In this document: piece after piece, positions 7,727 through 16,666 of the stretch
How positions within the stretch are numbered: position 1 is the stretch's first letter
Layout: every line of letters begins with the position of its first letter
NCBI GenBank assembly: GCA_001940705.1
Contig: MEHG01000001.1
Coordinates: 25,128-89,127 of the forward strand
DNA: 64,000 nt
Direction: 5' to 3'
Origin: Candidatus Thorarchaeota archaeon AB_25
GTDB taxonomy: Archaea; Asgardarchaeota; Thorarchaeia; Thorarchaeales; Thorarchaeaceae
Notes under the pieces: generated by a model
What the model saw: the letters and a program-made list of their open reading frames with translations, nothing else
Told to the model about the DNA's origin: nothing
Database searches by the model: none
Position numbers and translations under genes: made by a program

Positions 7727-7790
7727 TTTTCCATGTTTATGCCATGGGATGCAGGAGTTGTATCCTGAATCCTAAGGAGGCAAAAGCAAG

Positions 7791-9332
7791 ATGTCAATTA
7801 TGAGAAAGCTTGTGTCTGTAGTGGCCAAGCGCAAGATGAAGGAGATCGAATATGTACTAGATCATCCGATTGAGGAATCAAACAAGTTACTAACAGACTT
7901 ACTCACTAAACATCAGGATTCAGTCTTAGGACGAAGGTATGGATTTGATTCCATCACATCTCCTGAGCAGTTTGCTGAGAGAGTTCCTCTTACAGACTAT
8001 AAGAAGATGAAACCTATCATTGATGAGGTGTACAAGAATCCTACTGGGAAGATAATGACTTCAGAACCAGTGATCTGGTATCTGACTACGTCAGGATCGA
8101 CTGGAAATCAGAAACAGATGCCGTTGACCAAGTCTGGATTAAAGACGGCCTCGGTCGGTGGTTCCCGAATGTGGATGGGGTATATGAATCAACATCCTGA
8201 CAACTCGAAGATACTCGATGGGACGATGATAATGTTCGGAGCGCCATCCAACACAGGCGAGATAAATGGAGTACCAACGGGGTATGGTTCGGGAGTGTAT
8301 GTGGGCAATCAGAACAGGATCTTCAAACGACTCATCAAACCAGGTGAGGATGTATTTTGTATTGAGGACATGGAGGAGAAGATGAAGGCCTACGCTCTGT
8401 GCACAGCAACGAACGATGTGACAGCATTACAGGGCATAGCAACCCTAAACCTTGCGTTCATGCGTAGAATGGAGGAACAGTATGGTCCTTGGCTCCTTGA
8501 ACAGCTAAAAGGAACAAAGCATGAACGAAAAATCCGTGAATCGCTGGACTCTGATGGACGGCTCGATGTAGCAAAGTTTTGGCCCAATCTCAGACTATTC
8601 GTGAGTGGAGGAATCGATGTAGACCCATACAGAAAGTGGGTAAAAACTGCGTTACCAAATTCAACTGTCTGGGAAGGCTATGCCGCCTCAGAGGGATATC
8701 TTGGAAGTCAGATTCTCCCCGAAAATGGTCTTCAACTAATGCCGGACTTGAATTATCTAGAGTTCATTCACGAGCGCGAGATTGAAAGTGAAACCCCCAG
8801 GGTAATTCCGCTCTCAGATGTGAAGAAAGGATCACGTTACGAGCTTGTGATGTCCAATCATAATGGTTGGTACCGATACAGATTGGGTGATATGGTGACT
8901 TTCACAAGAACAGATCCATACACAATCAGGCATATCTCTCGCAAAGGAGGGATAGTAAGTCTGGCTGGTGAAAAACTGAGTGATGCACATGTGATCAATG
9001 CGATGTCTGAAGCAAGTAAGGTGACCGGAGCACAGGTCATGGATTACTCTGTAGTAGGGGTTGCTGAGGGAAACATTCCTTACTATGTTATCGCAGCATT
9101 GTTCAATGACGATGTGGACTCTCGGGAATTCGTTGATGCCTTTGAGGAAGCAATTGGAGAAGTGAATTGGGAATTCATCAACAGTCAGGGAATGGGGGCT
9201 CTTGGTCCAACTATTCTACGAAAGATGGTAAAATCCAGACATGACGAGGTCGTGAAGGAAACCCACCTTCAAGCTAAACCAGTTCCTTTGACAGTGGATA
9301 AGGCTGTCTTTGAGGTCTGTGAGGCGACATAG
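7791..9332 (+). CDS. GH3-family acyl-acid amido synthetase-like adenylating enzyme (paralog 1)
   Basis: 513 aa. The TTSGSTGNQKQMPLT motif corresponds to the GH3 SSGTSxGxxKxxP nucleotide-binding motif. Overall length and C-terminal layout fit GH3. AAGGAGG lies 9 nt upstream of the ATG. Confidence 0.8.
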   Translation: MSIMRKLVSVVAKRKMKEIEYVLDHPIEESNKLLTDLLTKHQDSVLGRRYGFDSITSPEQFAERVPLTDYKKMKPIIDEVYKNPTGKIMTSEPVIWYLTTSGSTGNQKQMPLTKSGLKTASVGGSRMWMGYMNQHPDNSKILDGTMIMFGAPSNTGEINGVPTGYGSGVYVGNQNRIFKRLIKPGEDVFCIEDMEEKMKAYALCTATNDVTALQGIATLNLAFMRRMEEQYGPWLLEQLKGTKHERKIRESLDSDGRLDVAKFWPNLRLFVSGGIDVDPYRKWVKTALPNSTVWEGYAASEGYLGSQILPENGLQLMPDLNYLEFIHEREIESETPRVIPLSDVKKGSRYELVMSNHNGWYRYRLGDMVTFTRTDPYTIRHISRKGGIVSLAGEKLSDAHVINAMSEASKVTGAQVMDYSVVGVAEGNIPYYVIAALFNDDVDSREFVDAFEEAIGEVNWEFINSQGMGALGPTILRKMVKSRHDEVVKETHLQAKPVPLTVDKAVFEVCEAT

Positions 9333-9342
9333 ATTGGATTCC

Positions 9343-10230
9343 ATGAATGAAACCCAAACTGCTCATTCTGTACAACATGCAAGGGTGGTGGGCAATCACT
9401 ACCAATGCATGACTGACAGAAACATTGGAATGATTAATGCTGATGAGCAGAACAGAATCGCAAACACAGTGATAGCTCAGGCAGGTGTCGGTGGCAACGC
9501 AGACATTGTCATAACTCTCGCACAGATGGGGTTTCAGCACTTCAGGTTAGCTGATCCTGATATCTATGAACTCTCGAATCTGAACCGTCAGCTAGGTGCT
9601 AGAGTTTCGACATTGGAACGAAACAAGGCCCGAGTGGTTACAGAAGACGTGCTGGAAATCAATCCAGAAGCCGAAATCAAAGTGTATCCCGATGGCATCA
9701 CCTGGGACAATGTTGAGGAGTTCGTGGATGGAGCAGATGTCATAATCGATGGACTCGATTTGTCAGTCATGCATCTCAGAAAGAGAATGTTTGATCTGGC
9801 TAGGGTTCGCGGCATACCTGTCATCACATGTCCTGTCATTGGATGGGGTGCAGGTATTGCTATCTTCGATCCAGAAAGGAGCCCCTCGTTTGGAGACTTC
9901 TTTGGAAAGATTCCTCAAGATCAGAAATCAGACGAGTGGCGGAGGTTCATCAGCAACTATGCTCTTCACTTCATCTCATCCAGACCAACAGGGATTGATG
10001 TCACCCTCGGTATGAAACGGACGTTGGAAGGAAGACCCCCTGCAGTTGCTGCACCTTGCAGACTGAATGCCGCTCTAGTACCAACCGCAATCTTTGGCTA
10101 TCTGTTTGACAAGGGAAATCTCCCCTTAGTACCAACCACACTCTACGTGGATATCCTTGGCGGAAAGATTTCTAGCACTGGACCAAAGAAGCGATGGTTT
10201 GTCAAGAAAGCCATTGATGTTTTGTCCTGA
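9343..10230 (+). CDS. ThiF/MoeB/HesA (E1-like) adenylyltransferase family protein
   Basis: Rossmann motif AQAGVGGNAD, arginine-finger motif ELSNLNRQ, DGLD. No CxxC zinc motifs. The track ORF begins at the TTG at 9310, inside the GH3 gene; I prefer the ATG at 9343, 10 nt after the GH3 stop. Confidence 0.8.
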   Translation: MNETQTAHSVQHARVVGNHYQCMTDRNIGMINADEQNRIANTVIAQAGVGGNADIVITLAQMGFQHFRLADPDIYELSNLNRQLGARVSTLERNKARVVTEDVLEINPEAEIKVYPDGITWDNVEEFVDGADVIIDGLDLSVMHLRKRMFDLARVRGIPVITCPVIGWGAGIAIFDPERSPSFGDFFGKIPQDQKSDEWRRFISNYALHFISSRPTGIDVTLGMKRTLEGRPPAVAAPCRLNAALVPTAIFGYLFDKGNLPLVPTTLYVDILGGKISSTGPKKRWFVKKAIDVLS

Positions 10231-10243
10231 GATAGTACAGCGA

Positions 10244-11185
10244 TCATGGTGTTTCTTGGACTCTGAAGCGAAGTTGAGCACGCCTTCGCTGAAGCCATCC
10301 ATCTAGGTCATCAACAAGGTACTTAGAGAAGATGATTATCGAAGTTGCATAAAGTATTACTACTAGAAGCAGGGCGATTGCCATTTGAATAGGGGGATTA
10401 CCAAGCAGGACATCCGGCCCAGCTATCACCTCTGAAGTCGATATCTTGATGTTTTCATTCAGGAAGTTGATCAACCAATGTGCGATTATCGGTCCTAGCA
10501 GTGTTCGTCTACTACTGAACTTCTCATAGTAGATACCGAATACTCCACCCAAGAGACCTGAGAATACAACATACACGAAAATGTGGGATGTGCTTAGAGT
10601 TCCAGTCCCTGCGAAGTAGAAGGGCCAGACGAGATGGTAGAGGCCGAAGATCGCTGCAGAGATTAGGATTGCTCGATTGACTGAAACATATTCTCGCAAT
10701 CCGTTCTGAAGAGCTCCTCGAAACAAGATCTCCTCATAGACCGCATTGATTAGAAAAAAGATTGCACTATACCATAATAGGTCCGGTCGGATTATGGTTA
10801 CACTTAGATCTCGAGAAGAGTCAATGAATGCCCAGTAGATAACCGAGGCAATAGCATTACCCATTAGGAACAACGCAACACCCAGAATGATTCCGAGTGT
10901 CACGTGCCTTCTTGTGTCTTCAATCTTCAATCCTAGAACGGAGGTTATCTGATTTCTTCGAAAGAACCAGAAGAATCCAAGAATAATGAGAAGTGGAAAG
11001 AGCTTACTGGGAAGGATGTTAAGCCACGACTCACTGAGGCCTAGGAGGAAAACATCGACATTCCTCCATACCACACCAATGAACAGGAACAGCCCTGCCA
11101 GAGCGAGCAGTGGAACATGGTCCCAAGTTTGTTTACTTGGTTCTTCGATCTCAGTCGTACTGACACTCAGCTGTTTCTTTCCCAT
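10244..11185 (-). CDS. CPBP (CAAX/Abi) family intramembrane metalloprotease
   Basis: Motifs YEEILFRGAL, FGLYHL and AHWLINF in a polytopic membrane protein. The track ORF (to 11560) overlaps the upstream gene out of frame, so I trimmed it to the ATG at 11185, 2 nt after the upstream TAG. Confidence 0.8.
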   Translation of the reverse strand: MGKKQLSVSTTEIEEPSKQTWDHVPLLALAGLFLFIGVVWRNVDVFLLGLSESWLNILPSKLFPLLIILGFFWFFRRNQITSVLGLKIEDTRRHVTLGIILGVALFLMGNAIASVIYWAFIDSSRDLSVTIIRPDLLWYSAIFFLINAVYEEILFRGALQNGLREYVSVNRAILISAAIFGLYHLVWPFYFAGTGTLSTSHIFVYVVFSGLLGGVFGIYYEKFSSRRTLLGPIIAHWLINFLNENIKISTSEVIAGPDVLLGNPPIQMAIALLLVVILYATSIIIFSKYLVDDLDGWLQRRRAQLRFRVQETP

Positions 11186-11187
11186 GA

Positions 11188-11853
11188 CTACAGGACACTC
11201 CTTGCTTCTACCTTGTACCATGGGTTTACGAGCGCCAATGTTGCCATTGCAGTAGATATTGCAGTAATCATTGCTGGAACAGAAGCCAAACCAATTGCCA
11301 TGAATGCAACAAGCCCTGCTTGTCCAACAAATGAGAACGCAGATGAGACAACCATCAGATCGCTGCGAACTTCTTTCAGACGTCCAGTCTTCCAGGTAAT
11401 AGCAAACGTGAGTACCATTCCACCCATGAAGAAGATGATGATGGGTAGATGAAGGAGCATGATAAGCTCCTGTGTCGGACCAAGAAGCAAAATACTCACC
11501 CAATAGACGATAACCAATCCAATGATTCGGAGATGGTGCTTTCTGATTCTGGGCAACCATATGTGGAGTAGAACGCCAACAAGGGGGACAGCTATTCCTC
11601 CAACAATGAGTGCTCTCATACGAAACACTTCAAGGGTCATTTCCAAGTATCCATACTCTGAAAGTAGGACCATGGTCTGATTAATTGCATGAGCAATGAA
11701 CACAATTCCAAACATCAGTGGTAGATCTGTCATGAGTCTGTTTTCTTGACGATACCAAATTATGATCAAATAGACCGCCATGATTGCTGCGAGTACAGAG
11801 GCGGCAAGACCAGGTAATAGTGTGAGGTCAAATACAAATTGCAATATGAACAC
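11188..11853 (-). CDS. Hypothetical polytopic membrane protein (221 aa, about 7 TM segments)
   Basis: Track ORF, hydrophobic throughout, directly upstream of the CPBP gene. Confidence 0.6.
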   Translation of the reverse strand: MFILQFVFDLTLLPGLAASVLAAIMAVYLIIIWYRQENRLMTDLPLMFGIVFIAHAINQTMVLLSEYGYLEMTLEVFRMRALIVGGIAVPLVGVLLHIWLPRIRKHHLRIIGLVIVYWVSILLLGPTQELIMLLHLPIIIFFMGGMVLTFAITWKTGRLKEVRSDLMVVSSAFSFVGQAGLVAFMAIGLASVPAMITAISTAMATLALVNPWYKVEARSVL

Positions 11854-11915
11854 CTATTGTTTAATTTTCCATAACATCATCATTGCGACACAATTTAAGG
11901 CCAGAGAAGAGCTAG

Positions 11916-12085
11916 GATTGCACATTTGACCCTTGCAGAACAGAACAAAAAGTGGAAAGGCCTCTAGGTTTCCAAATAAACAATATGGGCCCTCATAATC
12001 CAAGCGCTAACGTTATCGAACCTTCATCACTGTTCTACTCGATTCATAGTTGGCAGGATTGTTGTACAGAGGACACTTAGTTTCC
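11916..12085 (+). promoter_or_regulatory. Conserved ~170-nt leader element, copy B, upstream of GH3 paralog 2
   Basis: Same 20-mer GATTGCACATTTGACCCTTG and the same order and spacing of conserved blocks as 7556-7726. Confidence 0.5.
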
Positions 12086-12210
12086 ATTGTCTACACCTAA
12101 TGTATACGGTTTCGGGAGAGTTCTCCTGAGACTGGGAGGCAAGACTAGATGTCGAATCGAGAAAACGAAACATTTCGCATTGAAGAATCACAGGGAGGGG
12201 TGGTTCTCTG

Positions 12211-13749
12211 ATGGGAGTGATAAGCAAGCTCATTCCACTGTTGGCAAAGAGGAAGGCAAAGACGATTGCCGAGATCCTGAACAATCCAATCAGTCTGACT
12301 GAGGGCAAACTCATGTCGATACTTGAAACTCATAGTCAAACCAGGTTTGGAAAGGACAATAGCTATGCCAACATCCGGACACCTGAGCAATTTAGTGAAA
12401 CAGTCCCACTTCATGATTATCATTCAATGAAGCCCTATTGGGACCAGATTCATGTGAATCCTGAACAACCAATCATCACAGCAGACCCTGTGATATGGTA
12501 TGTCCAGAGTAGTGGATCTACTGGAAAACCGAAAGCCCTACCTCTAAGTGCGGCTGGTCTGAGCGACTACACTGGAGGGAGCATGTTGTTCCTCATGTCA
12601 TTCATCAATGCCAAGAAGGGAAACAACAAGATCTTCGATGGAACGATGCTCACCTTTGCTGCACCTGCAAAGATGGGTGAGATCAATGGAGTACCCCTCG
12701 GGTACATGACTGGAATCTCTCGTGAGATGATCGCCAACGCATTGCTCAAGAAGCTCATCAAACCGGGAGAGGATATCTTCAACATGACAAAGATGGGCGA
12801 GAAGCTCTGGGCATATGCAAAATATGCGGTCACAGAGAACATCACCTCTCTGGGTGGTATCACCACTCTCATCTTCGCATTCATTCGCCGTATGCAGAAT
12901 GAGTACGGACCCAGTCTGCTTGAGGAGTTCAAAGGCACAAAGCATGAGGCTAGGATCAGGGAGGCACTCAACGATGAAGGGACCCTTGACCTGAATGTCC
13001 TCTGGCCCAACCTGATAATGGTCGGTGCCACTGGTGTTGATGCGGATCCTTACAAGCCGTGGTTGAAAAGCACACTTCCGAAAGCGACTCTCTGGGATAA
13101 CTACGCTGGTTCTGAGGGTCTCTATGGAACTACACTCTTGAAGAACACAGACAATGGTATCCAGCTGTTACCACACATCAACTACTTGGAATTTATCCCT
13201 GAGTCTGACATCGAGAAGGAGGACCCAACAGCTATCCCCCTAGTAGATGTAAAGAAAGGCCAAAGGTACGAGTTGGTCCTCACTAACCTGATGGGCTACA
13301 CCCGATACAGGATTGGTGATGTGATGACTTTCAAGGACACAGACCCATATTCTGTATACAGGATTGGACGCAAGGGTAAGTCTGTCAACCTGACAGGTGA
13401 GAAGCTGTCAGACGCCCATGTCACAGAGGGTGTTGCTTATGCAACCAAGCAGACAGGAGCGGAGATACTGGACTACAACGTCTATGGAACAATTGGAGAT
13501 GGTCAGGCAAACTATATCATAGCAGCCATGTTCAACAACGATGTGAATCCAGTAGAGTTCGCACAAGCATTTGATGAGTGCGTCGGGAAAAACAACGGTG
13601 AGTTCAAGTATGTCCAGGAGTTTGGATCACTGGGACCCACCATCGTGAAGAAGGTAACCAAGTCTCACACCGAGAGCATCATCGAACGAACTCACATCCA
13701 GGCAAAGGCTGAACCTTTGACTGCCGAAGTTATTGAAGGAAGTGCATAG
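12211..13749 (+). CDS. GH3-family acyl-acid amido synthetase-like adenylating enzyme (paralog 2)
   Basis: 512 aa. QSSGSTGKPKALPLS motif. About half of the residues are identical to paralog 1 by eye. GGGAGGGGTG lies upstream of the ATG. Confidence 0.8.
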   Translation: MGVISKLIPLLAKRKAKTIAEILNNPISLTEGKLMSILETHSQTRFGKDNSYANIRTPEQFSETVPLHDYHSMKPYWDQIHVNPEQPIITADPVIWYVQSSGSTGKPKALPLSAAGLSDYTGGSMLFLMSFINAKKGNNKIFDGTMLTFAAPAKMGEINGVPLGYMTGISREMIANALLKKLIKPGEDIFNMTKMGEKLWAYAKYAVTENITSLGGITTLIFAFIRRMQNEYGPSLLEEFKGTKHEARIREALNDEGTLDLNVLWPNLIMVGATGVDADPYKPWLKSTLPKATLWDNYAGSEGLYGTTLLKNTDNGIQLLPHINYLEFIPESDIEKEDPTAIPLVDVKKGQRYELVLTNLMGYTRYRIGDVMTFKDTDPYSVYRIGRKGKSVNLTGEKLSDAHVTEGVAYATKQTGAEILDYNVYGTIGDGQANYIIAAMFNNDVNPVEFAQAFDECVGKNNGEFKYVQEFGSLGPTIVKKVTKSHTESIIERTHIQAKAEPLTAEVIEGSA

Positions 13750-13751
13750 CA

Positions 13752-14117
13752 GTGGCAAGTAAATATCAACTTAGACTACTTGCAGGAGGATTACTCATCA
13801 TATCCGCATGTACTCACACCATTCAGGTGTTTGTCTACGGAGGCGTGTGGCACAATATTGGTGCAGCAGTCTATGGTGCAATGTACCTCTTTTTTGGTAT
13901 CGGGCTAATCCGGTATCTCGACAAGAGGGGTCTCGTGGCACTATGCGTGATCCTACCCCTGATTGGGGGTGTTGGAGGAGTGATTAGATTCCTCTTCTTA
14001 CACACACATGTTGCCAACTACTTCATCATACTCCATGTATTGATAGACATAGTAGTAGTCCCGGTTTCCATCTACATGTATCGGAATATTGGGACTAGTG
14101 TAGCAACCACCATGTAA
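13752..14117 (+). CDS. Small hypothetical membrane protein (121 aa, about 4 TM)
   Basis: GTG start 2 nt after the GH3 stop with GAAGGAAG upstream. Hydrophobic throughout. Confidence 0.5.
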   Translation: MASKYQLRLLAGGLLIISACTHTIQVFVYGGVWHNIGAAVYGAMYLFFGIGLIRYLDKRGLVALCVILPLIGGVGGVIRFLFLHTHVANYFIILHVLIDIVVVPVSIYMYRNIGTSVATTM

Positions 14118-14125
14118 CATGGAAA

Positions 14126-14178
14126 GGAGGAGTACTTCGCTCCAGTTATTTGGAGCCAAATCCTCCACTATTGTTTTT
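14126..14178 (+). terminator. Nested hairpin followed by a T-run
   Basis: GGAGGA (14126-31) pairs with TCCTCC (14161-66). The inner pair is GCTCCA (14139-44) with TGGAGC (14151-56). TTGTTTTT follows. Confidence 0.4.
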
Positions 14179-14312
14179 CCTCAATAGTCCACAGCAACTT
14201 CCCCTAGATTATTCCAGATTGATTGATTTAAGCAACCCAAGAGACAATATCTGACGAGATGATTCAAATACCACCCTTCCCACTGTACATCTGATTGGGT
14301 GGTGAGAAGTGC

Positions 14313-15392
14313 ATGGTTCGGATCGCTCATATCTCTGACTCGCATCTGGGGAGTTCGCTCTTCCAATTATCAGAGAGAAGAGAAGATGCACGTAAGTGCC
14401 TCAAGAAAGCAGTAGACATGGCTATGCAACATTCACCAGATATATTGGTACATACTGGTGACCTGTTTCACTCTCCCTTACCCCAGAATGAGGACATGAT
14501 ATTCGTTATTGAGTTGTTCAAGAGTCTGAAAGATAAGGTGCGACTCATCGTCCTTGATGGAAATCACGATTTGCCTTACAACTACAGATATGCCTACAGT
14601 CCGCTTCGAGGTCTCGAAACAATGGAGCTCATTGTTTCAACCGGGTCTGAACCCTACAAGACCTTCACCGAGTCTTTCGACGGTAAGAAAGTGGAGATAC
14701 ATCTTGTTTCGTGGACTACTAGTCACCAGCTTGAACATTTTCTGAATTCAGCAAAACCAGTAGAGAAGAACGCCTTGTTCTTTGCACACGACATTCATAT
14801 TCCGAAAGAGAACCTACCTGTCTACTTTCAATATTATGGCTGCGGACACAAGCACAATTTCTGGCTCGATGAGGAATATGACATTGGGAGACCTGGATCC
14901 ACTTGTATTGTGAATTGGCATCGTGAAATGGGAGGCAGAAAAAAGCTCATTGTAGTGGATATTGACAACTCTGACAAAAATGAGTATACATTGCAGACTC
15001 TGAATGATGTGAGAGAGTTCAAATTCGTCACAGGTCTGGATATCACAGGAATGGGAGCAGCAGAAGTTAACACCATGCTCAAGAGCTCTCTCGGAAAGCT
15101 CTCACCAAAGAAGAAGAAACCGATTATCATCGTGCAGGTCAATGGGCTAATCGATAATGAGACCGAGCGAGGGATTGAACGAGCTAATCTATTAGAGTAC
15201 GGAGAGAAGAAGCTCGACCCACTCTTCCTTCACATTGAGCCAAACTGGTCATCGGTTGGAGCTAGGCCAATTGAGCTCTCAGAACCACTTGACGTAGAGA
15301 CCTCGATTCTAGAGTACATGGAGCAGACAAAGGATAAGCGTGCAGCACAAGTGAAGATGATGATGCCAAGGTTCTTTGGAGGTGCAGATTAG
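14313..15392 (+). CDS. Mre11/SbcD-type calcineurin-like nuclease
   Basis: MVRIAHISDSHLG, GDLFH, DGNHD and GCGHKH motifs. The track start (TTG at 14295) is probably too early; the ATG at 14313 gives the canonical N-terminus. Confidence 0.8.
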   Translation: MVRIAHISDSHLGSSLFQLSERREDARKCLKKAVDMAMQHSPDILVHTGDLFHSPLPQNEDMIFVIELFKSLKDKVRLIVLDGNHDLPYNYRYAYSPLRGLETMELIVSTGSEPYKTFTESFDGKKVEIHLVSWTTSHQLEHFLNSAKPVEKNALFFAHDIHIPKENLPVYFQYYGCGHKHNFWLDEEYDIGRPGSTCIVNWHREMGGRKKLIVVDIDNSDKNEYTLQTLNDVREFKFVTGLDITGMGAAEVNTMLKSSLGKLSPKKKKPIIIVQVNGLIDNETERGIERANLLEYGEKKLDPLFLHIEPNWSSVGARPIELSEPLDVETSILEYMEQTKDKRAAQVKMMMPRFFGGAD

Positions 15393-16666
15393 TGATCAGA
15401 CGAATTGGCCTCCAAAACTTCAAGGTCTACAAAAACCAGGAATTCACTCTAGAAGATGGCTCCACCGCAATTGTTGGACCAAATGGGTCCGGGAAGACAT
15501 CAATCCTTGAAGCGATTGAATTTGGTTTCTTCAGAATGGTCACTCGAAAGGAGAAGAAAGTGCCACAAGTTGAAGATCTCATTCATCATAAAGGAAAACG
15601 TGCCATCGTTGAACTCGAGTTCGTTGCTCCGATAAACCGCCGTAACTACTTTGTGAAGAGAACAATCCATCCTGGGGAAACGAATGCCGAATTGTTCTTG
15701 GTTGGAAACAAGGACCCCGAGGAAACGGGAGTCACGCGAGTTGACAATAAGATTGTAGAGTTAATTGGATTGAATCGCCACGCCTTTTCAGCCTTAACTT
15801 ACGTTCGGCAGGGAGAGATAGACAGACTGTCAAGACTCGCTCCTAAAAGCAGAAGAGCTGACCTGTACTCAATGATGGGTCTTGGAATCTATGATAAGCA
15901 GAGCTCAAAGGTACAGAAAGAAATCCGTCAGATGGACAAGGACTCCCAGAACATCTCGGAATCAATCAAGAGGTTAAAACAAGTTCAAGACCACCTTCCA
16001 GAAAAGAAAGAAATTGATGCTGCGCTGAAAGCCTTGGATTCTATTGAGGAGTCCATCATAAAGAAGCAGATACAAGAAGTGATACAGAAGGTCAGTGATT
16101 CAGTAATCGCGGTGGAAGAACAGCTAGCATCTCCCGAACTGTCTACTAAACCAGAGGAACTGAAAGAAGAGACCGAAATTGCAAAGCATCTCAAGGTTCT
16201 CCTCAACACCATTCCTGATGTAGCAGAGAATCAACTGCGACCCCATATCAGACGTGAGGCAAGAATGATTTTCCGTGAGATATTTGGAGACCGGTATAGT
16301 GACTTGGTAATTGACGATGACTATGAAATTGCTCTCTATGATTTGAAAGGCAATCGAGTCTCACTCATGGCAGCTTCCGGCGGCGAGGACGTATGCGTGA
16401 ACTTTGCTTTGCGTGTTGCAGTGAATACGGCTCTTCAAAGGCATTCGACCACAGGTCCTCCACCAGGATTGATAATCTTGGACGAGCCCGGGGCGGGCCT
16501 TGATGCACAGCGCAGACGATGGTTACCTGAAGCGATTACAAAACTCGATGTCGTCAACCAGGTTCTCGTAGTCACACACATGGAGGAACTAAAAGGGTCC
16601 ACAGACCATGTCATCTCGCTGATTCCGCAGGGTAAGGGAAGACAGCCGATTGTTGAGGTTGACTAA
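15392..16666 (+). CDS. Short Rad50/SbcC-like ABC-type ATPase (424 aa) with a short coiled-coil insert and no zinc hook
   Basis: Walker A GPNGSGKT, Q-loop VRQGE, signature ASGGE, Walker B LIILDEP, H-loop VVTH. The GTG start overlaps the Mre11-like TAG by 1 nt. The whole protein has a single Cys. Confidence 0.75.
   Translation: MIRRIGLQNFKVYKNQEFTLEDGSTAIVGPNGSGKTSILEAIEFGFFRMVTRKEKKVPQVEDLIHHKGKRAIVELEFVAPINRRNYFVKRTIHPGETNAELFLVGNKDPEETGVTRVDNKIVELIGLNRHAFSALTYVRQGEIDRLSRLAPKSRRADLYSMMGLGIYDKQSSKVQKEIRQMDKDSQNISESIKRLKQVQDHLPEKKEIDAALKALDSIEESIIKKQIQEVIQKVSDSVIAVEEQLASPELSTKPEELKEETEIAKHLKVLLNTIPDVAENQLRPHIRREARMIFREIFGDRYSDLVIDDDYEIALYDLKGNRVSLMAASGGEDVCVNFALRVAVNTALQRHSTTGPPPGLIILDEPGAGLDAQRRRWLPEAITKLDVVNQVLVVTHMEELKGSTDHVISLIPQGKGRQPIVEVD

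Noticed and set aside
11186-11560. The first 125 codons of track ORF 10244-11560, a Cys/His/Trp-rich N-terminal extension of the CPBP protease.
   Set aside because: It overlaps the strongly hydrophobic 11188-11853 ORF out of frame. An ATG at 11185 lies 2 nt after that gene's stop and gives a normal CPBP protein, so the extension is an ORF-finder artefact.
16663-16666. Convergent gene pairs sharing overlapping stop codons: CTAA at 16663-66, TTAA at 31080-83 and CTAG at 42963-66.
   Set aside because: This is most simply explained by genome compaction, and three cases are too few to argue for a regulatory role.
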